Virus record (IMG/VR): IMGVR_UViG_3300037493_002747
Location: 1-64,000 of that record
Reading direction: 5' to 3' (one strand)
DNA: 64,000 nucleotides
From: a virus
Shown: in pieces, positions 39,601 to 49,800 of the stretch
How the letters are laid out: the number at the start of each line of letters is the position of its first letter
Numbering within the stretch: position 1 is the stretch's first letter
Notes under the pieces: generated by a model
The model's input: only the letters and a program-made list of their open reading frames with translations
Told to the model about the DNA's origin: nothing
The model's database searches: none
Program-made: the position numbers and the translations under genes

Positions 39601-42600
39601 CGCAGAGGCATTGAGTGATCTTGCGACTACCTTGTATCAGACTCCTGAACTCATACAGAATGGATTGAAGCGTGAAATCGCAGGGACTACTCTTGGGCAA
39701 GCACAAGATACTGGAGCTTTCACAAGAGAATACAAGGATGTTGCTGAATCTAAAGATATTGGTTTGGCGAAAGAAGCCGTAACGAAGACTCAAGAAGCCA
39801 TGGTGAAATCATCAAAAATGGTTAGTGATTCTGTCAAAGCATATGAGGAAGCAAAGGTTGCGGCAGTTGCTAGTGGCAATGATTTGCTCAAAAAATATGA
39901 TGAAGAACTCCTTAATGATAAGATGGATGGGGCCAAGAGATTGGCCATGCAAGAGGAAAGGAACAGACTGAAGGCACTTCAGGATTCTAAGGCATTCGGT
40001 ACGGATGCTTCTAAAGAGTTGGTTGCAGCAAAAGGGAGACAGGGAAAGAAGAAAGCTGAAATTGAAATTCTGGAAGATAAACGAAAGGGAGAGTTTGAAA
40101 TAAAGCCGATGGCTGATGCAGCTAGTTCTAAGAAAGAACTTGATATCTATGGCAAGCAGAAGAAGAAGCTGGAAGAAAAACGTGATATAAAACAAAAAGA
40201 ACTTACAGATGTTGGTGGTAGCGATGAAAAATCGGAGGAGGCTCTTAAGGAAGTAGACAAGTTGAAAGGTGAGATAAAAGAGTTGAATGAGAAGATGACT
40301 CCTCTCATGAAAACAGTTTCCGAAGTTTCTTCTGATTTAAGTATAAAGATAAAAGCAATAAAGCCGGATTTGCCTACCGAGAAGATAACAGAAGCCGTAG
40401 AAGCGATTATGAACTCAGGCGGCGACATTGACAAAATGAGTAAGGCTCTAGAAGGATTCGGTCTTGCGGAGGTAGTAAAAGAAAGTATCAACAAGACAAA
40501 AGAGATTACTAAGGAGATAGGTGCTCTGAAAGACCAGAAGGGAGTTATTGACCAGGTTGTTGTACAGCATGAGTCGGTAGTCTCTAAAGAAGATGGGGTT
40601 ACAACGACACTGAAGGCGCAACTTGAGGCTGTTAAGAAGCATAGTGATGCTGTCAATGAATTAGTAAATTCTTACAAAAGATCTCTTGAGGGTGATTACA
40701 AAGAACTTCGCGTTAAGAGAGAGTCAGTTACTGCAACACAAGAGCAGGTAGCAATAGCCGGGCTTCATGGTTCTGCAACTGCGGAGTTGGCAAAACTTGG
40801 AGAGGAAGAAGGTAATTTAGCCAGAGAAGAATATGCTTATGCCAAGTCCAGTGTTAAACAGTTAGAAGGCATAATTGCAGAACATCAGAAAGCTGTTGAT
40901 TTAGCAAAACAAGTATCAGATGCGAACCCGAAAGATTTGTCTTTGAAGAAAGTATATGAGAGGGCATTAATCGAAATGGCAGGATATGAGACTCTGGCTT
41001 CTAATGCTAAAGATAGTTCGGAGAGAGCTATTCGCAAGTTGAAATTGGCAGGAGAGGGTGTGGATGAAGGATTGCAAGGATTTGCAAAGAGTATTACTGG
41101 AATCAATCTGACGAATATATCAGATTTGGCTAGTACACTGGCAGAGAGTGCTGAGTATACAGGAGATGTAGGAAAGGCTTCAGCGGAAAGTTTCAGGTTA
41201 GCTAAATATGCGTCTGATGAATGGTTGAAGAATGAGAAGGAGATTATCAAGGCGAGGATTGCTACTGCTAAAGCCAATATTGAAGCTGAAGCTGAAATTG
41301 TAAAACAGGATGCTCTGACCAAGAACAAGGATATGTCTCCGGAAGCAGCAGAGGCATTGAAGCAGCAGACGATAGCAGATATGAAGTCGGCGGTAGCGAA
41401 TAAGGAGAAACTTGCGTATGCCCAGGCGGAACTCAAACACAAGAAAGATGTTGTAGGAGCCGCAAAGAGGTCCAAGGAACTGAAGGAGGGTGAGCTTAAT
41501 ATTCAGCAGGGTTTGATTGATGACGCTATGTCGTTTGCGTCGGAGTTCGGCGGGTCTTTCGCATCAATCAATGCATTGCAGAATTTGAGTGTTGGTGTTG
41601 CCAGACAACAGTTGGATGTTGCCAAGGAATTCAGAGACAATATTCAGCAGGCATTCGAGGCTGCGGCAGGTGATGCTAATAAGCAGGCTGAGGTCGGCAA
41701 GGCATTGTTTCAGGCTCAAGCGGATGTGGCTACGCAGACTCTTAATCTTCGCAGGAAGGAGCTTGGCGTTCAGAAGAATATGATGGAGCAAATGCTTGGA
41801 GGTGTGTTTGGAGAGATGAGGAGCAATTTTGGAGCACGTCGTCAGATGGGTTCGGACGTGTCGATGATGGGCATAAATGCTACTCGTATGAAGTCAGCTT
41901 CTGGAATGTATGTCAATACTCCTGGTGGTAAGCCCGGAACAATCGAAGAACGGCGTAATAGACGGATGTTGGGTGGGGCTGGTGGGGCCGGTCCTTTGGA
42001 TGAATTGGCGAAGATGGGTGGGCCGATGGCTGAGGTTGCCAAGGCGATGAACAAGTCTCCTTCACGAGAACAGCAGGCGAAGTTGTTGGAGGAAGCAAAT
42101 GCTACTAGTAAGAACACGAAGGACGTGGCGAACTCAACTAGTCGAGGAGATCAGCCGGGATCATTTTACACGCATGATACGACAGCAGAGGGATTACTTG
42201 GAGGTATTCTCGGGGTATTGAGGGAGCTTACGGTAGGCATGTTGGATTCAGCGTTTACATCAAAATCAAAAGATGCAGGAGTAGTTGGAAAGAGATTGGA
42301 CGATGTTATTGCTGGGGCAGCTAAGACAGCGGCATCGGTAAAGGCGACTACGACACAAAAAGAGGATACGACTGCCGGTGTAGAGACAATTAAGAAGAAT
42401 TCTGAAAAGGTGGCTGGTCTGGAAGATGCTATAAGGATTCGGGAAAATGAGAATCCGATAGCAACAGGTGTTGAAGACCATAACAGGGTTCGGGCAGGCA
42501 GACCAATGACGGCAGATGGGGCCAATAAGGCATACATGGAGGCTTACCAGAAGTTTGGGGAAGGCTCTAAGGAAGTTGAAGCTGCAAGGAAGGACTATGA

Positions 42601-43219
42601 GATTGCTTCAAGCAATTCAGTGGAGGCGAATAAGGCATCAGTGGGTGAGAATAGGGCTAGCCCAGTTTCGGCTGCGAAAAAAGCCAGAAATATGTCTAAA
42701 ATGGTTGGGATTGGTGGTCGTTCAAGTTTGATGGGTACAATGCTTGGTGGGATGAGGACTGGAATAAAAGAGATGGGTGGTTTGGGGAACACCAAAGAGA
42801 TGAGTGGTTTGGGCAGCATGAAAGAGATGCGTGGTTTGAAGCCTCTTGGTGGTGTGACGAAGCAGGGTGGAAACACATCGGGTGGGGTTAAGACGGTTGG
42901 CGGTGCGACTGCAACTGGACTTGGCATGACTAAGGCGGGATATGCAGCGAATACCGCAGGTGGGGATACAATGGCTAGTAGGGCTGCGGGAACGGAAGTA
43001 GCACCACCGTCAGTTGGTATGACAGCAGCAAGGGCTCCTGGTGGTTCTACAGGAGGTGGCGGGATAGAGGCTGGGTCGAGTATCACTGTAAAAGGAGAGA
43101 TGATGGTCAAGTTTGACAACAAAATGTTCCAGCAGCAGATGACGGCTGTAGTATTGACCATCATGAACAATAGTCAGGCGCAGAAGCAGATTCAAAACGC
43201 CGTCTTGAAGAAGTCTTGA
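36674..43219 (+). CDS. tail tape measure protein
   Basis: 2181 aa, A/K/E-rich and helical, with central hydrophobic G/A segments; position. Confidence 0.85.
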   Translation: MPFSTEELAKKFGDSAEDVKKSLEGMLGAADDVDKVFEKMTERQEAAAQIQDKFAKALASSSKSLTGIGHSGISAARGIKTIDSVSRSAASSLGSLGIGAVSAVAGFKALSSGASSFSSDIENTEKSIAGLVKGIGGLEAKLGGLKAASVSVDVVIGSLSALDDFEKRIKALPQNVSVNVSTGAAAKTGAGAASASAGAASAKAMANAAAKAMASRKTPASAGTLSAAMWGGPNAAKKAGRLSGEYGGKAFAENYAEQVAKNIRSKSIKSMKDKMTLMADDTEKIKTPEGKKKYVELAVKIGKKGEVSEILDELSDNQSKLFKRNVGKMGMEKAIDSLIAKTPILALRVKKAMSEAAEAAEEAISPFKRLEDQVNSEAKTFKEFISQNVAKGGVEFGEFAGGLTKSATGMFAVGLAAAFVATKISEMAEKYANYASELAKYRVETSALEDTIAGLGKNGLEPLRKELGLTRDQAADFYQVLKTGVNELGMSPGKIMEVSKALSDTFGGDQTARLKQYVDLLKEIPTIDADLSITASMDDQAASIYALAKSGKMDVVMDLQSAGLFGGKQERKEGADLADSNQAVAKNTEAIKDFLTGSLFGTWTPYLVALTQGVSALVAAFVSGLAIWGGMKAVQGVFKTASIATMWATCKAMVAAILSSKSGGRGRTGKGAVKGAVKGASTTAAKAAAKAVGSKAAATVATTASKKVATTAAKSAISLSKFGGIAAKIGPKLLGIGLAVVGVELACGMAADKLEETGKTAAAAGTRIAGSAASIAGFALTGATIGGAIGLLGGPLAAVTATAGAVVGALVGLAVEAKTLYKSFKTLGVSAWEYIKKFGSSKKSEPTTALGKAAIELNAQLIEEHAKMAKSGMALEQSMNRLKAAVNSAKFEFLELSARLSKIQLKNIGEIGGSMAGFTSAMQKGEDAARKIFNEKKAVNEAERKRIMGSTDMQPDQRQSAYDTVREAELKAANDFAEALSDLATTLYQTPELIQNGLKREIAGTTLGQAQDTGAFTREYKDVAESKDIGLAKEAVTKTQEAMVKSSKMVSDSVKAYEEAKVAAVASGNDLLKKYDEELLNDKMDGAKRLAMQEERNRLKALQDSKAFGTDASKELVAAKGRQGKKKAEIEILEDKRKGEFEIKPMADAASSKKELDIYGKQKKKLEEKRDIKQKELTDVGGSDEKSEEALKEVDKLKGEIKELNEKMTPLMKTVSEVSSDLSIKIKAIKPDLPTEKITEAVEAIMNSGGDIDKMSKALEGFGLAEVVKESINKTKEITKEIGALKDQKGVIDQVVVQHESVVSKEDGVTTTLKAQLEAVKKHSDAVNELVNSYKRSLEGDYKELRVKRESVTATQEQVAIAGLHGSATAELAKLGEEEGNLAREEYAYAKSSVKQLEGIIAEHQKAVDLAKQVSDANPKDLSLKKVYERALIEMAGYETLASNAKDSSERAIRKLKLAGEGVDEGLQGFAKSITGINLTNISDLASTLAESAEYTGDVGKASAESFRLAKYASDEWLKNEKEIIKARIATAKANIEAEAEIVKQDALTKNKDMSPEAAEALKQQTIADMKSAVANKEKLAYAQAELKHKKDVVGAAKRSKELKEGELNIQQGLIDDAMSFASEFGGSFASINALQNLSVGVARQQLDVAKEFRDNIQQAFEAAAGDANKQAEVGKALFQAQADVATQTLNLRRKELGVQKNMMEQMLGGVFGEMRSNFGARRQMGSDVSMMGINATRMKSASGMYVNTPGGKPGTIEERRNRRMLGGAGGAGPLDELAKMGGPMAEVAKAMNKSPSREQQAKLLEEANATSKNTKDVANSTSRGDQPGSFYTHDTTAEGLLGGILGVLRELTVGMLDSAFTSKSKDAGVVGKRLDDVIAGAAKTAASVKATTTQKEDTTAGVETIKKNSEKVAGLEDAIRIRENENPIATGVEDHNRVRAGRPMTADGANKAYMEAYQKFGEGSKEVEAARKDYEIASSNSVEANKASVGENRASPVSAAKKARNMSKMVGIGGRSSLMGTMLGGMRTGIKEMGGLGNTKEMSGLGSMKEMRGLKPLGGVTKQGGNTSGGVKTVGGATATGLGMTKAGYAANTAGGDTMASRAAGTEVAPPSVGMTAARAPGGSTGGGGIEAGSSITVKGEMMVKFDNKMFQQQMTAVVLTIMNNSQAQKQIQNAVLKKS

Positions 43220-43220
43220 T

Positions 43221-45737
43221 ATGAGTAACCCAGTAGTAACATTTACGAACAGCATTGATGAGCCGTCTGATCCTCAAACGGTTCGCAAGACGTACACTAT
43301 GAAGGTGTTTGATTCGATCAACTTCTTCCTCTATAACGAAGGAGAGGATTCCTCTAATTTCACTCCAGGGGATATGGGAATGGAGTTTTATCTGTGGTAT
43401 CGTGTAAGTGGCGCACAAGGTCCACAAGGGTTTACCCAGAAGCCAAATTTTATAACGGATACTAGTTGGACAAGTATGAAGGCGGCTCCTTCAGGATTCA
43501 TTACTCCGAATAAGTCGGTTATGCCCAAACTTCTTGGTCCATCGACGCTTCTGGTCGATAATGGATTAAGAACAACAGTAGGAGTGTTTCAAGCATTGCG
43601 TTGGGATGCTGTAACGAGTACTTGGTATGACGGATTTAACTGGAATATGGACAAGTTTAACAATTTGTCTATTCCTTCTGATAAATGGTTTAAGTTTGGA
43701 CAAGTAGGTTCTACCTTCGGTGCTCAATATGTTTCAATCAAGGCCAAGGATGATAATCTTGGCACCAATAAGATGGAGATGTATTTGGAAAGTCCTAACC
43801 CTCCTTTAATCCCAGGTGATTGGGATAATACGACTTTGGTAGTGGGAGGGGCTTTCACATTAATGTTGAACATTGTAGGAATCACTCCTGGGAAGGCAGG
43901 AGCAACGAATACAGATTTGAGCCGGTGGAAGATTACGATCAAGTTCGGCGACGTAACGATGACGATTGCTGATGCTAGTACGATGAATGTCAATATTGCA
44001 GGGGATGGTCCTCTTGGTAATGACACAATGGTAAATTTGGCAGAAGGTGCGGCTAAGGAAGGGCCACCGCAACAGAGTTTTATTGCAGATAAGCCTCCTT
44101 TACTTATCAATGTGATTCCGTGTTGGAATGGGGTTATCGTATCTACGGGGCAGCAGGAAACTCGTGAAGTCGTTAGGTCTGCGCCAACATTCTGTCGCAA
44201 GTTGAAGAATTCATCGATCCAAATGGCTCCTTATTCCACATGGTTTGACCCTATGAACCCGGCAGATGTTGAGGTTGGAACGGATTCGGGGGCGGTAATT
44301 GTGGATTTCGGAACACGGATGGATGTGGTTGCTGAAAATTGTAGATTTGAGATCGCTTATTTGCCCAAATTTTTCGTAAAGGCTATGGCGTTTGATGGAT
44401 GGTTATTGCTGTCAAAAGATACGGATGACATTACTTATGATTACAACATCTACACTATTTACACCTATAATGACGATAGTGATTGGGTAGTTGCCCTACC
44501 GACGGTTACTGACTCGGGGACAGCAGGAACGCCTGACAATAGTTCTTATTTCTATATTCCTTGGTCTATGGCGACTACTTCTGAGAAGCATAAAAGGTAT
44601 GCAGGTGAAATCTTTGCATACATCTTGGAAACAAAGGAGACTAGGACAACTAGCATCAAAAATGGGAATGGCAATTTTGACATAACATGGTCCGGCGGAA
44701 CAGCAGGAGATTCTGAAGTTACTGATGATACTGATTGGGAGAAGTATATCAAGAATGTCAGTGTTACTATTGGATTAGATGGTTCGAGTGGTACGATGAC
44801 GGTAGATAAGTATGGTGTGGCTGGACAGGACGCTATTGCAGATCAGAGTATTGGAGCCGTTGTTCTTGAAGTTACGGGCGGAATCAGCACAAAGGAAGGA
44901 ACGATTTTCAAGGGACTTGGGATGGGGATATCGAATGCAGAAACTTCGGGAGACTCAGTCTGGACAGTTCCGCTGCTAGGATTAGAGAAGAAGCTTGAAG
45001 ATATAGCTCTCATCAATCCGCCATATATGGATGGAGAAACTTTAGCTACGGCATTGGATTACTTGTGTCGTAGTGCAGGTATAATACATGATATGTCGGC
45101 AGCAGATGGAACAGTAACCCTTTCAGCTTCGGAGGAAATAAATACAGCAAGATTTGATTGGAAATCAGGAACATCTATCAAGACTGCATTGGACGATGTA
45201 ATGGGCGATACGAAACATGTGTATGTTGTCAGAGATGGTAAAATCTTCTTTTACGAATTAGGGACAGATGGACTTCCAACTACGTTGGGAGATGATCAGT
45301 CTACGGGATATGATTTTACCAACATGGTGGCGATAGATAAGACTCCGGATTTTGATGATCTTCGTAACTATGTCGTTGCAATGGCAATGCAGAAAGTTCC
45401 TGAAGGACAAGGAACGGAAATCCAACAAGTTCCAACATGGCCAATGATCGAAACCAGAACGAAGACAACGACACCGGATGTTCCATGGGCCAAATGTATG
45501 GTTGCAGTATATTCTGGCTTATTGGACCCTGCGACTCTAGCAGATATTGCAGATAAGTTGGATAATCAAACTTCCACTTACGAATTAAGTGGAAGGATTA
45601 CAATTCCTGGGAATGCGGAGATCAAGCCGTATGACCAGTGGGGCACTGACTATGTGATTATGTCTGTGACACACAATGTAGATCTTGACGCGAAGACGTG
45701 GACGACGGATTTGGAATTTATGAGGAAAGCGTTGTAA
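43221..45737 (+). CDS. baseplate hub/tail tip protein
   Basis: C-terminal GRITIPGN.EIKP...YVI.SVTH...WTT.LE hub signature. Confidence 0.6.
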   Translation: MSNPVVTFTNSIDEPSDPQTVRKTYTMKVFDSINFFLYNEGEDSSNFTPGDMGMEFYLWYRVSGAQGPQGFTQKPNFITDTSWTSMKAAPSGFITPNKSVMPKLLGPSTLLVDNGLRTTVGVFQALRWDAVTSTWYDGFNWNMDKFNNLSIPSDKWFKFGQVGSTFGAQYVSIKAKDDNLGTNKMEMYLESPNPPLIPGDWDNTTLVVGGAFTLMLNIVGITPGKAGATNTDLSRWKITIKFGDVTMTIADASTMNVNIAGDGPLGNDTMVNLAEGAAKEGPPQQSFIADKPPLLINVIPCWNGVIVSTGQQETREVVRSAPTFCRKLKNSSIQMAPYSTWFDPMNPADVEVGTDSGAVIVDFGTRMDVVAENCRFEIAYLPKFFVKAMAFDGWLLLSKDTDDITYDYNIYTIYTYNDDSDWVVALPTVTDSGTAGTPDNSSYFYIPWSMATTSEKHKRYAGEIFAYILETKETRTTSIKNGNGNFDITWSGGTAGDSEVTDDTDWEKYIKNVSVTIGLDGSSGTMTVDKYGVAGQDAIADQSIGAVVLEVTGGISTKEGTIFKGLGMGISNAETSGDSVWTVPLLGLEKKLEDIALINPPYMDGETLATALDYLCRSAGIIHDMSAADGTVTLSASEEINTARFDWKSGTSIKTALDDVMGDTKHVYVVRDGKIFFYELGTDGLPTTLGDDQSTGYDFTNMVAIDKTPDFDDLRNYVVAMAMQKVPEGQGTEIQQVPTWPMIETRTKTTTPDVPWAKCMVAVYSGLLDPATLADIADKLDNQTSTYELSGRITIPGNAEIKPYDQWGTDYVIMSVTHNVDLDAKTWTTDLEFMRKAL

Positions 45738-45738
45738 T

Positions 45739-45942
45739 ATGAAAATGGCAGTACAATGGTTTGCAAAACATACTCAGCAGGCGGTTATGGCTAGGACTTC
45801 TGTTTTGCCAGTAATTGCAAGGACAGGTCCGTCTAATAGGAAGTCATCTTCTCCCATAAAGACGAAGAAAAATGGAGAAGGTGTCTTTATTGTGGGGCAA
45901 TCAGAGGTCGGCGGAGATCATCGAGTAGGAGGAACACCATGA
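45739..45942 (+). CDS. hypothetical protein
   Basis: Compact packing. Confidence 0.5.
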   Translation: MKMAVQWFAKHTQQAVMARTSVLPVIARTGPSNRKSSSPIKTKKNGEGVFIVGQSEVGGDHRVGGTP

Positions 45943-46838
45943 ATAAGAACATGTATAAGCAGACAACCAAATATTTCGGGATTCCCGTTCCTGGGTGGGG
46001 AGATGGCATTTGGCCAGAGATTGAACTACTGAAGTGGCAGATGATTGAAAATATGCTCATGGCAGCAATGCGTGGGAATGTTAATGCGGTATTCCGTGAA
46101 GGTGATATGCAGTTGAAACGAGAAACTAATGGCACATTTTCAGCACTGCTAACATCGGCAGGGAATGAGCCGTCCATTCAGGGTTCTGTGGGCGGGGCTT
46201 ACTTCGATCCATCTAAATCAGTGATATGGACAGGCTTAGAGGCTGGATCGTCGTACTACTTGTACATTAAGGGTTCAGAAAATACCTTTCAGGATGCAAC
46301 GGCGGTTATTCCGATTGCGTCACAAACGAGGTTGAATACAAAGTATGCGACACTCGTAGCCAAGGCGGATTTGACGGGAGACAAGTATACAATCGACCGA
46401 AACCCACCCGGAAAAGTTAATGCTAGAGACTTGGCACAGCATGTTCTTGACTATGATAACCCTCACGGTGATAAGATAGTTCAGGACGAATTACTCGTTA
46501 GGAATCATCTGGCGATAGGAGATGATAACGATGCAGACTTGGAACTCAATGTGAATGGGGTTGCCCACCACTTTCCAGTGTCAAAATTGGTATCAGTTCT
46601 ATCGAGGACGATTTTGGATTTCACCTCTGAAGGCTTGGAGGGGAAGATATTGACAGGAACTGGCAAAGTGGTATTTGCAAATGTTGTACGAACGACTTAT
46701 GATGTTGGGGTGGTTGCAGGAGAGATCATAATCGGATTCTACGGAATTGACCCAGATGTTAAGTCTCCAAATCAAATCATAGTTCGCAACAATGGCGGTG
46801 TTGGCATTGCGATGCGGGCGATGATTTCAAGCGAGTAA
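45939..46838 (+). CDS. putative tail/baseplate protein
   Basis: SD AGGAGG; HV...DNPHG fibre-type motif. Confidence 0.5.
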   Translation: MNKNMYKQTTKYFGIPVPGWGDGIWPEIELLKWQMIENMLMAAMRGNVNAVFREGDMQLKRETNGTFSALLTSAGNEPSIQGSVGGAYFDPSKSVIWTGLEAGSSYYLYIKGSENTFQDATAVIPIASQTRLNTKYATLVAKADLTGDKYTIDRNPPGKVNARDLAQHVLDYDNPHGDKIVQDELLVRNHLAIGDDNDADLELNVNGVAHHFPVSKLVSVLSRTILDFTSEGLEGKILTGTGKVVFANVVRTTYDVGVVAGEIIIGFYGIDPDVKSPNQIIVRNNGGVGIAMRAMISSE

Positions 46839-46841
46839 ATC

Positions 46842-49800
46842 ATGTCGGATTGGACCAGTTACGAAAAAGAGCGATTCTATCATATCGCTCGACAAGCAGA
46901 AATCGTGGTCATCAAGGACCGTGATGTCATCGCGTTTATCCCCGAAGCCATAGGGCTTGCAGCTACACAGGGGATTGATCTTTATCGTAAAAGTGATGAG
47001 ACATATTCCATGTGGAAGTCTACTCCGCCTGTTGCAGTAGAAGCTTCCGAAAGATTGCTTTGTTGGACTAGAGTTTCAGGAACAGAGATGGTGTCGGGTT
47101 ATAGATGGGTTCCTTATATTACTTCCGACAACCCGGACACTACAAAGATATTGCCATTGCGGGAAGTGTTTTCCCCACGAGTAACCTATGACAGAACTAG
47201 CAATATGTTACATCTGTGGTTCTGGACGAATGTCAAATGGGATTACACGGGAACGGAATATTCCGAGGACAATATTTTCAAGATTGGGTACAAAGACTAC
47301 AAAAGCTTTTTTGACAATGCCGCTAACAAGATGACGTGTAAACGAGTCTTGTGTTATGCGGTAGGACAGTTTGGAAATTACTGGATAAAGGGCGGATTGA
47401 TTGATGGTTATCAAGGATTTTTGGGGCTACAAGGTGTCCAGAATGATCAGTATGACATTATTCCTGTTTTCACTCGACCGACGATCATTACAAATTTTTC
47501 GGTAACGAGTTTGGATGACGCTCCCGGACTTATTACTGATGGATGGTACGAGATTCAGGGTATCCAAAGTGGCTTTCAAGGATTCCAAGGCTTTCAGGGA
47601 TTTCAAGGCTTTCAGGGTTTTCAGGGCTTTCAAGGATTTCAGGGTTTTCAGGGATTTCAAGGATTTCAGGGATTTCAAGGATTTCAGGGATTTCAAGGAT
47701 TTCAGGGATTTCAAGGCTTTCAGGGCTTTCAAGGATTTCAGGGGTATCAGGGTTTTCAAGGATTCCAAGGCTTTCAGGGATTTCAAGGATTTCAGGGTTT
47801 TCAGGGATTTCAAGGCTTTCAGGGTTTTCAGGGATTTCAAGGCTTTCAGGGTTTTCAGGGATTTCAAGGCTTTCAGGGTTTTCAGGGTTTTCAGGGATTT
47901 CAAGGCTTTCAGGGTTTTCAGGGATTTCAAGGCTTTCAGGGTTTTCAGGGATTTCAAGGCTTTCAGGGTTTTCAGGGATTTCAAGGCTTTCAGGGTTTTC
48001 AGGGATTTCAAGGCTTTCAGGGTTTTCAGGGGTATCAGGGCTTTCAAGGATTTCAGGGGTATCAGGGATTTCAAGGCTTTCAGGGATTTCAAGGCTTTCA
48101 GGGTTTTCAGGGATTTCGAGGCTTTCAGGGTTTTCAGGGATTTCAAGGATTTCAAGGTTTTCAGGGCTTTCAAGGCTTTCAGGGTTTTCAGGGATTTCAA
48201 GGATTTCAAGGTTTTCAGGGCTTTCAAGGCTTTCAGGGTTTTCAGGGGTATCAGGGTTTTCAGGGGTATCAGGGCTTTCAAGGATTTCAGGGGTATCAGG
48301 GTTTTCAGGGGCTTCAAGGATTTCAGGGTTTTCAGGGGCTTCAAGGATTTCAGGGTTTTCAGGGGCTTCAGGGTTTTCAAGGGTTTCAGGGTTTTCAAGG
48401 AAATCAGGGATTTCAGGGGAATCAGGGTTTCCAAGGGAATCAAGGATTTCAGGGGAATCAGGGATTTCAGGGGAATCAAGGTTGGCAGGGCAATCAGGGA
48501 TTTCAGGGGAATCAAGGTTGTCCGGCGTGCATGACTGCCAGCGATATCTATCTACCAACATCAGGGTCGGGGTATGCATACCCCGACGTGAATAGTGATT
48601 GTTGGTCAGCAGGAGAGATAATTTGCATATCGGTTAGTGGGAAAGTAGATCAAGGCACCATCTCGTACATTAATGAGGGTTCTATTCGATTTACACTTGA
48701 TACTAATCCTTCGACGGGGGGGTACTATTCAAATGGAACCATATGTCATGGTGGTTGTGCTATCGGAATGCAGGGTTTTCAAGGAAATCAGGGATTTCAA
48801 GGCAATCAGGGATTTCAAGGGAATCAGGGATTTCAGGGGAATCAGGGATTTCAGGGAAATCAGGGAAATCAGGGAAATCAGGGCAATCAGGGCAATCAGG
48901 GAAATCAGGGAAATCAAGGGAATCAAGGGAATCAAGGGAATCAAGGGAATATGGGGTGGCAAGGTCCGCAAGGTTTTCAGGGATTTCAAGGGAATCAAGG
49001 ATTTCAAGGGAATCAAGGAAATCAGGGATGTTCGGCGTGTGTTAAGGGTGAGTTCAATGATCAGGGATCAGGCAATATCTTTATCAGGGTCTTTACACCT
49101 GATTCGGCAGATTGTTTCATTACTGGAGAAACGATTTGTATTTCTGATAATAGTAGTGGAGTAGTTTTATGTTCCGCAACAGTTACCAGCATTTATTTGG
49201 AGAACAACGGTTTCTACGGCAATAATACTAATCCTTCGACGGGGGGGTACTATTCAAATGTAACTGTATGTCATGGTGGTTGTGCTATCGGGAATCAGGG
49301 ATTTCAGGGGAATCAGGGATTTCAGGGGAATCAGGGGAATCAGGGATTTCAGGGCAATCAGGGATTTCAAGGGAATCAAGGGATACAAGGGAATCAAGGT
49401 ATTCAGGGATTTCAAGGATTTGCAGGATGTGCGGCATGTGAGCAGACGCACAGCTCTTCTCAGGGCATCAGCATACCAACATCGGGGACTGGTAGTGCCC
49501 AGTTGGATTATACTCACAAAGATTGTTGGACTGTAGGAGAAACAATATGCGTATCGGTTAATGGGGGGGTATCATATCAATGTTCCCTTACGAGTAAGAG
49601 TGAGATTGGCGGGTTTGATATCTATTTTACACCTAATACTTATCCTTCTGTCGCCATAAGCAATGCTGGTGGAATGGTATGTCATGGTGAATGTGTAACC
49701 CAAGGACTTCAGGGATTTCAGGGGAATCAAGGTTGGCAAGGGAATCAAGGATTTCAGGGGAATCAGGGCTGGCAAGGAAATCAAGGTTTCCAAGGAAATC

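Noticed and set aside
36823-43170. Long antisense ORFs within the tape measure gene (also 55318-56346 in DnaB)
   Set aside because: Expected from codon bias of the sense gene; no RBS or motifs
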